Positions 25,469 to 38,511 of a stretch of DNA of 64,000 nucleotides are shown here, one piece after another. Positions within the stretch are counted from its first letter, which is position 1. The number at the start of each line of letters is the position of its first letter. Both the position numbers and the translations under genes were made by a program. Origin of the DNA: Pristiophorus japonicus. Its lineage: Eukaryota. Below the pieces are notes generated by a model that was not told the origin of the DNA, ran no database searches, and saw only the letters and a program-made list of their open reading frames with translations. Location of the stretch: positions 38,750,001 to 38,814,000 of the forward strand of contig NC_091999.1 of assembly GCF_044704955.1 (NCBI RefSeq), written 5' to 3'.

Positions 25469-28400
25469 GTAAGGAGCATTCACTGATTCAGTAACACTTG
25501 TATTTTTTCTTTATTTTATATTTCTGTTTATTTTAATAATTATTTCGTTCACTGAAACTTGGGTTCGGTGGATTTTGTTTTGAGATTTTTTGCAATTATC
25601 AATGTGATTCTGCTGCAAAGTGATTATAGAATTCAACTGTTTCTCCACAGAAAATGTTGTTGATGTGATTTGGTATTTATTTGCTGCCGAGACTGTGTGT
25701 CTAGGTTACTTTAAATACTTTATGATTATTACACTGTTTGACGTTTCTGCAATGTTTAATCTTGGTGACCTCTGATTGCTGCAGTTTTTCTGGTCGAATG
25801 CAAACATTGTGTTTGAATGTGTTTAAAAGAACATTGTAGGCACAAAACAGAAAGCTTAGCGATCAGTAAATAACCTAAAGGACTTTTAAGTTTTTTCATG
25901 AAAATTACATTGTCATTTACTGACCGAATGTTCCCAAATGATCAGATTCAATACGTGAGCTGTAATTAAGAACTGAAAAATTAACATATTTCCAGCTGGA
26001 ACACATTTAAATTAACATTATTATAACGTAGTAATATCACCAATTATTATTGAAATAAGCTATAATATCAAAATTAACGTATTTAACATAATCCGTCGAA
26101 TCACAATTCTCTTTCAGTATTTTATATTTCTGTTGAATTCAATCATTAGATATCTCAGTGTGAGGCGGGTTCGGTGATTGTGTAATGAGATTTTTTTGCA
26201 ATGATACATTTGATTCTGCTGAAAGTGTTTATAGAATTACGGATCTGCTCCATGAAAGGTTCTGTCGAGGGATTCCGCCCCTCAGCGATGTGATTTTGTG
26301 TTGATCTGCTGAGGAGAGTTCGTGCCTGTGTTACTCAGAATACCTAGAATTAGTGAAGCTGTTTGGCGTTTCTACAATGTTTAATATCGGTGACAGCGGG
26401 CAGCAGCAGGTTTCTGATCGAATCCAAACAAGATATGTATTTTGAAACTGTTTTTAAACAGTAGGTAGGCAAAGAACAGGACGGGTTTAGACATCAGAAG
26501 TCATTGAAAGGTATTTTAACAGCACAATTATTGAAGTGATAATTATATATTCAACTATTAATCTATTTTGACGATGCTGGTATATTAATATGTGAAATGT
26601 AACTAGTTGCCATCTACATAATTAACTTATTCAGGTTGTAGTTGAATTAAATTACTATTAACCAACCGATTATAATGCAATAATATCACCGAATGTTATT
26701 AAAATATGCTATTAGTCCAATGTTCATTTACTGAATATTATTCGCCTTCAAAAATCCTGCTCTACACTGGGCACCATTAAGGGAAGCAGAAACTTTTAGA
26801 GGCTGGATACAGTTATTAATTATGCCTGCAATTATTTCATTAACAACATACTGATTCCACCGCTGTGTTCAGTTTGAGTCGGGAGTTCAATTACTTGCTA
26901 CCTCCTGTTTACACAGATGAATGACTGAGTGCAATTAATTATAACTTAAAGCCGTGTTGCAAATTGCATTTTGTCAATTTAATCTATCTGCCGGGGTATG
27001 ACATTCTCACTGTGTAGCCGAAATTTGTTATTGAATCAATATTGTGTGTTGTTTGATAGAATTATCACTAAGTTAACCTTGAACACTTTGCAAGAACAAA
27101 AGCTGAGAGACAGGCATCGCTGGCAGTCAAAGAATTGTTCATGTAATTATATTGAAATTCAAAGCAGATTCCGAATGCGTATGGCTGGAGACAGCAAGTA
27201 ATCCATTGAAATTCAAGCAGATTAATTTACTTACAAAAGGTTCATCTTACTTTGTATTTGAAACAAAATCCTATCTCCCAAAACGCTGCTGTATGCGGAA
27301 TAGAAGGTAGACAAAGCACAAACCATATCTGAGAGCTATGTTTAATTTTTATTAATATTAAATTGATGAACAAAGTCTCTCCTCCATTTGCACATTCAGT
27401 TTCAGTGCTCCAGATGGTCTGAATGAATTGTTATCCTCTAGTTTTACACTGACCATTCTGGAAACTATTTTCAAGAAGTAGCAGAATATATTTAATCATT
27501 AACTTACGGGCATTTTGTGAATAACTGGAGTGTTCAGCCAGGAACTCATTGAATGGCGGTGCAGGCGCGAAGGGCCGAATGGCCTACTCCTGCAGCTATT
27601 TTCTATGTTTCTATGAACTTTAAAAGATTGTCTGTGTTATTAAGTAGTGAAGGCTCTGCTACTGACTGCAAACTGCAAGGATGGATTTTAATTAATAAAA
27701 CCATTTTTGGGGTTTAAGATTGAGGAGAATATTTCAGCTCGAGATTCCAGCATTAGTAAACAAGCGGTTTACAGCCCATCGGAGTTGTGACCCTTGCTGG
27801 ACAGAGAACTATTTAAATTAGTCCACACCCAAATCCATAATGTGAAATGCTCTCTGCAAATAGACGCAGTTTATGCTATATTAGAAACATGCAGAGTTTA
27901 AAAAGGTGTCGGTCGAGAACGGGACAATAGTAGAACTGCGTGATTATTGTCAATTATTCAAATTTGATTCCATTTAAGTAAAAATAAGGTATATTTCAGA
28001 GTAGTCATGTATTAATATGCTGCTTAATATTTTAATATTGATTAATTGTTGTGGTAAGTTAAGTAAACCATAATATATCACAAGTTATCAGGCAGAAAAG
28101 GTTTTAAAAAGTTTAATAATTACTTCTATTTGTATGGCTGAAATTCAAGCACGTTAATTTAATTTCAAAAGTTCCAGGTAGGTATGCTTCTGAGGAGGAA
28201 GGGCCAGAATGGCACTCAGATTATTTTCAATATTCAGCTAACATGAACATTAAATTAGAATGTAACATCAGTGCTAATTCATTAAAACATAAGCGAGCAC
28301 TTACAATTGTGTTGCAAACTGGTCAGTATTACAATTATTGCAAAATTTCAAGCGTTGGAGATAATGTTTAATTCATTCATAAATTAATTTAGAAAACAAT

Positions 28401-30259
28401 GCATTGATAACTCGGCTGTGCTGAGTTCGACAATGTGTCGCTGCAGATTTTAGTGAATTAATTTCCTGTTTTGCCGCGATGATTTTACAGGTTATATTTA
28501 CTGATGAAAACATATAAAATCAGTGGGTGATTAGGTATCGCTGTATATGTCTCCTGGATTGTGACATTCTTACTCTGTCACCGAGTCCCGTGTGACGGGC
28601 AGCAAATTCCCGTGGAATGTGAATTATTTCCAGCTACTTGCTTTCAGGGAAGTAAATTTTTACACGGTTTACAAGATAGTTGACAGAGATGGGGAAATGG
28701 CTGGATGTTGAAGAGTCTCTCAAATTAATATCAGATTAATTTCAAAGAATCTGCAGCGTTGAGGTGGTTGGAAATTGACAAGAAATAAACTAGAAATCTA
28801 ACATCTTCATTGAAATTAACAGATTGAACTGGTCTCTCTCTGCCTAGAGCACCCTTGTTGCACCGTTTGTGTCTGTTCTGTTTCTGTGCGCCTGCTCACT
28901 GTGCGAGCATCAGGAGTCCTCCTGACGGGTTGTAAACCTTCTGGGTTGTGATCCTGTATTGCGGGGAGTGTCATTTAATTCAGTTATTTAAGAAATTGGT
29001 ATCTGTGAGAAACGTGAAAGATTGACTTTAAGGTTGAGGATTCGCCGTAGAAATGAGATCAGTAACCCAGATTGTGACAGTCAGAAGGAGCAGTTCCGAA
29101 ACACCACGAGGAGACAGTCGAAGAAGCTTTAATCAGTTTCTAACCCGGTTGTACCTGCCCTGACAGTGTTTGATATGACTGCTTTACTCTGCAACTAACC
29201 CGTGCGTTATCTTACCTGGCAGTGCATGATGGGACATTGCAGAGATAGCTTTAATCAGTATTTAACCTTTTCTTTACAAGGACGTGGAACTTAATTGGGT
29301 CCTTCACTATAGAATGTCTTCTATTTAATCAGAGCTTTGGAGGGGTGGTGCGCTTTAATGGAACAGTGCATTGGAAGATTTTCATTGTACTCGTAATAAT
29401 TGTGCTTAATTAATCGGTAAATTTGATAACGCATTTTATGGGGAGAAATTTCGTAGCACATCTCTGCAGTACTTGAGCTGGGAATGTTTGACGGGATAGT
29501 ATAGATAACATATTACTATGTGTGCAACACTTGCTATACCTGTTCTGACCCACACGGCAGCATAGCGGGAGCTTTGCTCTCTTATCCGTGCTGTGTCTGA
29601 CCTGAGAGTGCTTGGTCAGGCAATGTTCCAGGCACCGTTATCTGCGTCTAACAGATAGCAGATAAACTGCTCGTGCCAGATATATACAATAATTCGGCCC
29701 ATTGCACAGATTAAAAAGCGCACATTCTTTGATGTTTATATTCTTTCTGAAAAAATGCCCAATTTTTTATGAGTTATTAATGTTTGAACATTTTGAGCAT
29801 CAGATTACTAAAGAACATGATTGGCCTGATCCTCAGCTCACTTTCAGAACAAACAGTTTCAGGAAGTGAATAACGCTCCAGAAAGCAGCGCCTGTTCTGA
29901 TCTGATGGGAGGTTACAAGTTATTTCCACAATTAAAATAGAGAATATCGAGACTCCCACTTCAAATAACCATCATGGGGACCTCATGTTTAGAAAAATTA
30001 TGTTGTCCAATTCTTCCTGTGAAGGTTAAAGGCAGCGACAAACTGTGAGGAGATGCAGCTATTGGCCTGGGTCACAACACAAGGCACACAGTCACTGAGC
30101 TGCAATTCTGTGAAACATTTAAAGAGAGAGAGTCAACCTGCAATAAGTCATCATTCGCAATGAATTTAAGCTTTTCTAACAGCATGCGATTGACTAATTT
30201 GCGTCAGATTTATAAGATCCCTTTATTTTAAATATCCTCTTTCATTATAACGAACAATA

Positions 30260-31260
30260 AAAATAGATCTGGTAGAGGTGTCCAAAATATGAAGTGTTTC
30301 CTTCCATGAAATCTAGAAGAACTATTCCCACTGACTTGTGTAGACTCATAGCATCACACATAATTGGAAGAGGCCATTCAGGCATCGTGCCTGTGCCGGC
30401 TCTGAAAGAGCTGTCCAATTTAGTCCAACTCCCCAGAGTTTACATTGTAAACGTGCAAATGAGTCCTCCTGACGTACAGGAGATACTGGCTGGAGCATTC
30501 CTGAAATTAGCAAACCTCTGTGTGAATAAAATCACCTGAATTTCACCTTCTGATCTTTTCACAATTATTTTAAAACTGCGACATTTGGTTACCCACCTAC
30601 TTTCCAGCGGAACATTTTCTCCCGACTTAGTATACTTAACCTGACATAATGTTGAATATCTCTCTTAGGTCTCCTCTTAACCTCTGCTCTAAGGAGAATA
30701 TTCCAGCTTCTCCAATCTCTCCGCATAACTGAAGACCCCATTCCTGGCATCATCCAGGTAAAAGCCTCCCCTCTACTCTCCCCAAGGGCTTGACATCCTT
30801 CCTACATTGTGGTGACAAAATTGTAAGCAATAGTCCAGCTGAGGCCTAACACGTGATCTGTAAGTTTAGCATAACCGCCTTGTTTTTGTATTCAATGCCC
30901 CATTTACAAAGTCAAGTATCCCATACGCATTCCTAACAGCCTTACCAGTTTGCCCTGCCCTCTTCAAAGATTTGTGAATATGTACATCCAGATCTCTCTA
31001 TTCGTGCATCCGCTCAAAACAATACTATTTAGATTATACTGCCTCTCCAACTTCCACCCAATGTGCATCGCTTCTCAATGATTCGCATTGAATTGCAATT
31101 GCCATGTCCAAGCCTATTTCACTGGTCCATCTGTCTCCTCATGGAGTCTGCTGCTATCATGCTCACTATTGGCTACGTTGCCAGGTTTTGCATCATTTTT
31201 GAACTTCGAAATTGTATTCCCTGTAACCAAGTCGATGTCATTGTTATATAACAAGAACAA
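30260..31260 (-). mobile_element. Old decayed CR1-like 3' fragment in the J-C intron
   Basis: Reverse-complement CR1 C-terminal motifs (agaatattccagcttctccaatctctcc; gtccagctgaggcctaac). Confidence 0.55.
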
Positions 31261-32022
31261 CAATAGGAATTGAAACGGGCCATTTAAGGAGTAACTTCAA
31301 ATTAACCGGATTTTGGAATGGTATTTTATTCGGATTATTAATTGAGTTGCAGGAAGCAGGCTACTCAAGAGACATGCATATAATAGGATGGAATAGAGCT
31401 CAGATCACAGTGCGCTGAAGGACATCGCTCTCACTCAAATGCTGAGAAAATAAGGAAGAAATTCGACTCAATCGCGGTTCATTTACAACTTGCATCTTAG
31501 AAACTAGACTATGGAAACGCTACCTGTTGAATTATGTGGTAGGCAAGTTTGCAGGGTTTTTTGCGAACGTCCTAAGCCGGAATTCCGCTGTTACTTTGAA
31601 GTGCAGTTACTGTTGTTTTGTACGGATACACCGCAGGCAACGTGCACAGAGCAAATTTTCCCAAACTGCAATTAAATAAAGGACAAGAAATGGTGCTGAT
31701 TGAGAAATAAATGCAGGCCGAAATAACAGGAAAAACGTCTCTGTTCTGCTATTGTATGATCCAATGAAGGCTTCTTTATTGACGAGTTGTGTAAAGGTTC
31801 TTGTTGTGTAATGTGATAGAGCTCGGTGATAGAGAGGTGCGTTCCTGACCAGCGCATTGACAGGTGCTTACGATAGAACTGACAGAAGCTCAAATGCCCG
31901 TGTAGCCTTTGATGGAGAAATGGTGGAATTAGTTTATTCTGCAGTCAAATTTCGATTTGTTTATTTCTTTTATAAGCACGGATTACAGAGTCTAACTTGT
32001 TCAATGGGCCATTCCTTCCCAG

Positions 32023-32322
32023 TAACACCGTCTCCCCCCACCCTCTGCGCCCTGCTCTCCTCCTGTGAACAACCCAGCACCGATGGCTCCATCACGTAGG
32101 GCTGTTTGGTGATGGACGACTCCCCTGACATCATCAGCCTTTTCTGGAAGGAAGATAAAGAGCCGATCACCACTGGATTGAAGACCTACCCGTCATTGCT
32201 CAAAAAGATTTGAACCTGCACCCTGAGCAGCCAGTTAACCATCACCGAGTCCGAGGTGGGGAGCAGCACAATCTGCTGCGAGGTTCGACGTGGTGTGTCG
32301 ATGTGGAACATCACAATGTCAG
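32023..32322 (+). pseudogene. Cmu1 exon
   Basis: cccag|(V)[64 protein letters not shown]. In-frame TAG at 32097 and TGA at 32211; GT donor at 32323. Confidence 0.92.
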
Positions 32323-32359
32323 GTTAATGATGTGGGATACAGGGCAATCTGTGATAAGG

Positions 32360-32690
32360 TGAGAAGTTATGTTGAACTTGTATAGAAACTTGGTTAGACA
32401 ACACTTGGAGTACTGTGCATAGTTCTGGTCTCCATATAATACTTAGAATACTGTGCACAGTTCTAGTTTCCTTATCACATTTAGAATATTGTTTACAATT
32501 CTGGTTTCCATCTCATACTTAGAATACTGTGTAAAGTTCTGGTCTCCATATCGTACTTAGAATAGTATGCACAGCTCTGGTCTCCATATCACACTTAGAA
32601 TACTGTGCATGGTTCTGATCCCCATATCGCACTTAGAATATTATGCACAGTTCTGGTCTGCATATTACACTGAGTATACTGTGCACAATT
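32360..32690 (+). repeat. 38-bp minisatellite derived from a CR1 ORF2 fragment
   Basis: ttagaata at 32443, 32481 and 32519. Unit encodes HLEYCAQFWSP-like CR1 sequence. Confidence 0.8.
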
Positions 32691-32813
32691 TTGCTCTCTG
32701 CAAATGCCAGGTTAGTGTGAATCTGACAGCAAAGAACTTGTTAAAATATAAGGACACTTTGCATTTCTTAATCATTTATTTTGCAAGCAATGTCAATAAA
32801 ATGCCTTCTCGTG

Positions 32814-33134
32814 AACGTCGTGAACGGATCATTGTTCCTCCAATTGTTCTCCTCTTGCCATGTTCCACTGAACAAATCATCAGCAGCAGATATGCAAGCG
32901 CCATGTGTTCAATCATCGAATTAAGGCCAAAGTCACTGACCATGAATTGGCTGAAGAGTGGACAACTCCTGGATTCGGGGTTCATCACCTCTCCCGCCTT
33001 TGAGATGAACGGAAACGTTTTGACGGCCAGTCGGCTGACACTCCCCGCCAGGGAATGGTTCACCGGCTCGGTCTACACCTGCCAGGTCACTCATGAAGGG
33101 GGCACACAAAGCCGTAACTTCAGCAGATCTCAGG
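32814..33134 (+). pseudogene. Cmu2 exon (open frame; 5' boundary inferred, acceptor apparently mutated)
   Basis: VPPIVLL..EQIISSRYASAMCSII..WLKSGQ..SGFITSP..SRLTLPAREWFTGSVYTCQVTH..TQSRNFSRSQ+G|GTAAGA. The expected acceptor position reads ccttctcgTG. Confidence 0.88.
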
Positions 33135-33284
33135 GTAAGAGGCACAATCCAGGGAGGTTCCAGACCATTCTGAGCGCTGATCTCAGTCAGGACTTTGATT
33201 GAAATTAGTAGAAAGCAGAGGAATATTCCTAATTCCCAATCATGCAGTTTGTGTATTCTTGCGATACAATTTTGACTTTATACA

Positions 33285-33690
33285 GCGCCTTCAGCGACCA
33301 CAGACTGAACCAAAGCGCTTGCCAGGCAATGAATTAAGTTGTGAAATGTGGTCACAGTTGTAATGTACAAAGTGCGGCAGTCACCTAGTGCACAGCAAGC
33401 TCCCACAAACAGCAGTGTGATAACGACCATTTTTTTTGTTTAGTGTTATTTCTTGAGGGATTAATATTCACAGGCCACCAGGGAGAACTCCTCTGCTTTT
33501 CATTGAAATAATTCCAGGGGAACTTTTACCTCCACCTGAGAGGCTAGATGGATTCTTGGTTTAACACATGATCCGAAATACGGCACCTCCGACAATGCAC
33601 CACGCCCCCAGCACTGCACTGAGAGCCTCTGCTTACATATTGTGATCAAATATCTGGAGTGGGACTTCAACCCACGATGTTCTGGTTCAG
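33285..33690 (-). mobile_element. Deu-domain SINE (SacSINE1-like), minus strand
   Basis: gcacagcaagctcccacaaacagca..gagtgggacttcaacccac is the reverse complement of motifs in 14200-14625. Confidence 0.7.
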
Positions 33691-33889
33691 GATTCCTCAT
33701 TGCTCAGGATTTATTAACCTCGCCAAAGAAGTTTTCCCCTTGCTCTGGTGTCAGGCAGTGAGTGACGTGTCCTTAGTCTAAGGTATATCCTGAGTTGGCT
33801 GATCATATACGCAACGGCAATAGGAGTCTGGAATCCTTTACTGCTAACTGTCCAGGAACCCACTGCAAGAATGGGCATCTACCCTATTC

Positions 33890-34400
33890 AGAGTACTGAG
33901 TCCAATTCTAGGCTCTGCACCTGAGAAAGGATATACGTGGAGGTGCTAAACTGCATGTTTACCCGAATTATACCGGGGCTAATAATGTAAAATGATCAGG
34001 TGGCGAGTATGGAACGTTAAGAGATGATCCAATTGACGTGTTTAAGTTGATAAATGGAATTGATCGAGTTGATATAGAAACATTGATTTAGTTTGATTGG
34101 AGAGTCCAGAACAAGTAGCAGAACCTTAACATTAGAGTTAGGCCGTGCACAGGTGATGTCAGAAAGGAATTTCTCAAAGGAAGAATAGTGCAAGTCGGGA
34201 TTTCCCTCCCCAAAAGCTGCTGACACTTGCTTTCTATTGAAAAGTTGAAAACTGAGATTGATAGATTTTTGTTCGGCAAGGTTATCATGGGTTACATAGC
34301 CAAGGCGTGAAGATGGTGTTGAGTGTTGATCAGCCATGATCTAACTGGATGGCGGGACAGGATGGATGGGCTGAATGGCCTTCTCCTATTCCTATGTTGA
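33890..34400 (+). mobile_element. Decayed CR1 3' fragment
   Basis: Ends in gggctgaatggccttctcctattcctatgtt, a CR1 3' end. Confidence 0.7.
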
Positions 34401-35103
34401 TATTAATGCCCTGAGGTCATAGTGCTTTCTGAATCTCTCTCACCAGACATGATAAATGTTCAGTAATTACAGATATTAACAAACTACCTCACATCATTAC
34501 AAATGATGCCCCACCACAAAAGATTCCTTGCAACTCCATTCTCCGGACCTTGCACTTCTCCTCTGATGGGATCTGACTGGTTCCTGCACATTTTCATCGC
34601 AACAAAAATAGCAGCAAAAGACTAGAAACTTAACTTTGTTTCCTGTTGTCCCATAAATCCTGCAATTAATTTGACACTGGTTTTGAACCAGTATAATGCT
34701 GGTGTCGACCTCTTGAACTTGGGGATATTCGGGCATCAGCTATTATACGCAGTGGAGATACGTTTGGGTGCAAGAATCTATAGACGGGCGTAAAGGAGCA
34801 AGGGATTGCAGGGAGAGCGCCATTCAGTGCCTATCACAATTGTGTCCCAATGTATTCCCATTTTAGGCCAGGTATTTGCTTCACAGCCCATTACAGGTGG
34901 CTCTGGCTCAAATACACAGGAAATATTACAGACCTCCCAGAATCGTTGCCAATTCATTGCCCTTCCATAACGAAAGTGTTCAAGCAATAGCGAGAGGTTG
35001 ATATCTCAAAAGTGAGTTATTCCCCTTGAAAGAGTTAAGGCTAATTATTGGTGTCCTGATTCTGAAGATGCGGCTTTTCCTGACTTTCATTCCTGTTTCG
35101 CAG

Positions 35104-35411
35104 TGGATGTCCCATGCAGCGATTAAAAATCACTCTTCGCCCACCGTCACTGGAACAGGTTTTACTGGAGGCCACGGTGACCTTAACGTACGTCGTGTCT
35201 GACGTTCCTTACGGGCTCACCGTGACCTGGACCCGAAAAAACGAGACTTTGAAATCAGAGATTGCCGTCCAACCCGGAGAGGATCCCAACAGTGTGATCA
35301 GCAACTTAAACATCTCGACACAAGACTGGCTGAGTGGGGATAGGTTCTACTGCGTGGTGAGCCATCAGGATATGTCGACTCCTCTCAGAGATTCCATCCA
35401 CAAGGAAAAGG
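35104..35411 (+). pseudogene. Cmu3 exon
   Basis: ttcgcag|(V)DVPCSD [frameshift] [58 protein letters not shown]+G|GTGAGC. The first canonical Cys is replaced by Tyr. Confidence 0.92.
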
Positions 35412-36329
35412 GTGAGCGGGGAAATTGTTGCAATAATTGAGAGACTGCGACAATTTCGATGCGTGTGCAAGGGCCAATTGATTATATAAAGTGTTTAATG
35501 GCTACTCTGATCATTCAGGTTGGTAAATCCACCAACTCAGCACTCTGGGACCTGACATTATGTATTTTAGGGGAAACTGGATAAGTCCATGAGCGAGAAA
35601 GAAATAGAAGGGTATATTATTAGGTTTAGATGAAGTGGGCTCGGAGGAGGCTTGTGTGGATCATAAACACCGGCATAGACCAGTTAGCCAAATCTCATCG
35701 TTCTGTGCATTAAATTCTTTGTCATTTTCCAGTCCAATGCTTCAAGATTTCAGAGAGAAAGATTACGTTCCCTCGGATAAGGGATGGAAAACCAGAGAGG
35801 CAACAGAGGGGAAAAGGAAAGGCGTAAAAAATTAAACGCAGTGTCCATTTCTCTCACATCTAACCACCGGAAATTGGCTGAATTTAAATGAGGAAGGCGA
35901 GTTGTGGGCGTTGGTCTCACAGGCCACCAGTGAAAACGGGAGGATTGGAAGCCGAGTGAGGAGGTCGCAGATCGCGGGGGGTGGGTTAGGCAGGGACCCT
36001 GGATTCAGGAGGTAGGTGTAAGGGCAATTACCACCTGGGAGCAGCAATCTCCACCTTGCTGTAACTGCTGAGATTTACAAAGTGTGTCCAACCGGACCAG
36101 CGACTGTTAAACACCAAATGGTGGTTAAAATAGAGGATTCAAGTCTCATTTAAATATATTACTGAAATATAATATTACAACCGGAAGTGAGCGAGTTGAG
36201 GTAGGGATTCTAATTTTTACCAATTGAACAACCACCACGCCCAAAACCCGCCCGCTGTATTGGGTTGAATTTCCCCCATTGTCTCTGGAACTAACCAGTT
36301 CATTGGCCTTTGTTGTAACTGTTCTACAG

Positions 36330-36693
36330 CGAAAGATCCGCGATAACCGGCCGTGTCTGTCCTCCTGCCCTCAGCAGAAGAAGTCTCTGCTCAGAGGTTG
36401 ATCAGCCTCACCTGCTTAGTGAGAGGTTCTCCCCCCGATAGATCTTCATCAAATGGACCGTCAATGACAAGCCCGTGGATTCCGGCAACTCCATGAACAC
36501 CGAGGTGATGGCGGAGAACGGCAGCAGCTCCTTCTTCATGTACAGCCTGCTATCCATTGCAGCCGAGGAGTGGGCCAGCGGCGCCTCTCACTCCTGTGTG
36601 GTGGGACATGAAGCGATCCCATTGATAATCACCAACAGAACCGTCAATAAATCCAGTGGTAAAGCATTTCCCTTGTTCTGATGGACACCTTCA
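36330..36693 (+). pseudogene. Cmu4 exon plus 5' part of the secretory tailpiece
   Basis: ctacag|(A)[31 protein letters not shown][fs]..[44 protein letters not shown], then ISLVLMDTF after a small deletion. Confidence 0.92.
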
Positions 36694-37378
36694 TAAGAAC
36701 ATAAGAACATAAGAATTAGTAACAGAAGTAGGGCATCTTGCATCTCGAGCCTGCTCCGCCATTCAACAAGATCATGGCTGATCTGGCCGTGGACTCAGCT
36801 CCGCTTACCCGCCCGCTCCCCATAACCCTTAATTCCATTATTGGTTAAAAATCTATCTTTCTGTGAATTGAATACATTCAATGAGCTATCCTCAATTCCT
36901 CCCCTTTGCAGTAAATTCCACTCTGTGGGAGAAGAAATTCCTTCTCAACTGAGTTTTAAATTGGCTCCCCCGTATTTTGAGGCTGTGCCCCCTAGTTCTA
37001 GTCTCTCCCGACCAGTGGAAACAATCTCTCTGCCTCTATTTTGTCTATGCCTTTCATTGTTTTAAATGTTTCTATCGATCACCCCTCATCCTTCTGAATT
37101 TCAACGAGTAAAGACCCAGTCTACTCAGTCCAGCATCATAAGGTAACCCTCTCATCTCCTGAATCAGCCTCGTGAATCGTCTCTGTACCCCCTCCAAACC
37201 TAGTATATCCTTCCTTAAGTAAGGTGACCAAAACTGCACGCAGTACTCCAGGTGCGGCCTCACCAATACCCTATACAGTTGCAGAAGGACCTCCCTGCTT
37301 TTGTACTCAATCTCTCTGGCAATGAAGGTCAACATTCCATTCGCCTTCCTGATTACCTGTTGCACCTGCAAACTAACA

Positions 37379-37570
37379 TTAATTGCCGGTGCTTTTAGTG
37401 TCCCCCTCCCCTTTTATAGGGAGCACTTGGAAAAAAATATGTTTCTGTGCCCAAAAAACCCCCCCAAAAAATACCACAAAAAAATAAAAGGGCCTGTAAA
37501 TGTGTGGTGTTTCCCCCAGATCGGGGGGGAGGTTACGGTTTAATGTTTTTTGTTTACTCCCAAAAAGAGT
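37379..37570 (+). mobile_element. Short 5'-truncated Tx1 3'-UTR copy
   Basis: Similar but not identical to 44526-44681 (ttaattgccggtgcttttagtgtccccctcccc...aaaagagt). Confidence 0.88.
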
Positions 37571-38511
37571 TTCATGCACAAGGACCAATGGTGGAGCTTT
37601 GGAGGCGTGGCCTATGCACTTGGAGCCTGGCTGCTGTGAGAGAAGGAACTCCCTGCTTTAGCTCCCGTTTGGAAGGCCTGGATTGAGCCCTGAGACCAGC
37701 CCAGGAACTGGAGGAATGAAGGGGCTTCATTACCATTCATCTAGAGTGAGAGGAGGAGAGCAGAAGACTGCAACACCTTCATTATTTCAACAAAGATTTG
37801 GAGAGAGGGGGGAAAAAGAACAACAACTTGCCAATGTGGAAGGAGGGAAAGACTTCTTCAGCCAAAGGTGGGTGTGTTTTGGTGCATTCACCAAAAAGAC
37901 TTTGTTGTATCGGTGGGGGGAGGAAAGATGACCAATCGAGGGCCAGAACATCGCGGGGGGTGTGTGTGTGTGTGGAAGTGTATGTGGGGGTCTTGACTAC
38001 AGCTAGGCCCACACACCACTGAAGCACCCCTCCCCCATTGCCTAGCCTGGGATAGCTGGAGCTACCAGGCTGAAGAAACTAAATCACCCTAATTAACATC
38101 GTTGGGAGTGTGTACATGTGTGGCTCCAGCTGCTCCAGGTGAAGACATCTTCTGCCCCACCCGAAGTCAACCCCAAAGACTGTTTTGTTTGCCATCTGGG
38201 GAGTGCACCCACCCATTACTGTGAGGGGACATCTGCCCTTGCAGCCTCCCTCTTTCCCACAACCCCTCACTCTATCTCTCTCTCTGTCTCTCCCCTCTCT
38301 CTCTGAGAGCCCTTCCTCCCAATTGGAAAAAAAAAAAGTCAAGAACAATTTAGACAACTGAGCAGAGGGAGCAAGGCCCGTCCCCAAATGCCAACTAGGG
38401 GAGAGGAGTGCCTCTTTCAGAGCTCCCGCTGTTAAATATTTAAACGAGGCCACTTAAGACAATTAAGGCATGTGACTTTGGGGTGGGTGTAGCCCTGAAA
38501 GGGACCCCGTG

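Noticed and set aside
32567-32813. N-terminal extension of the 211-aa ORF containing Cmu2
   Set aside because: Intron and minisatellite read-through, not exon.
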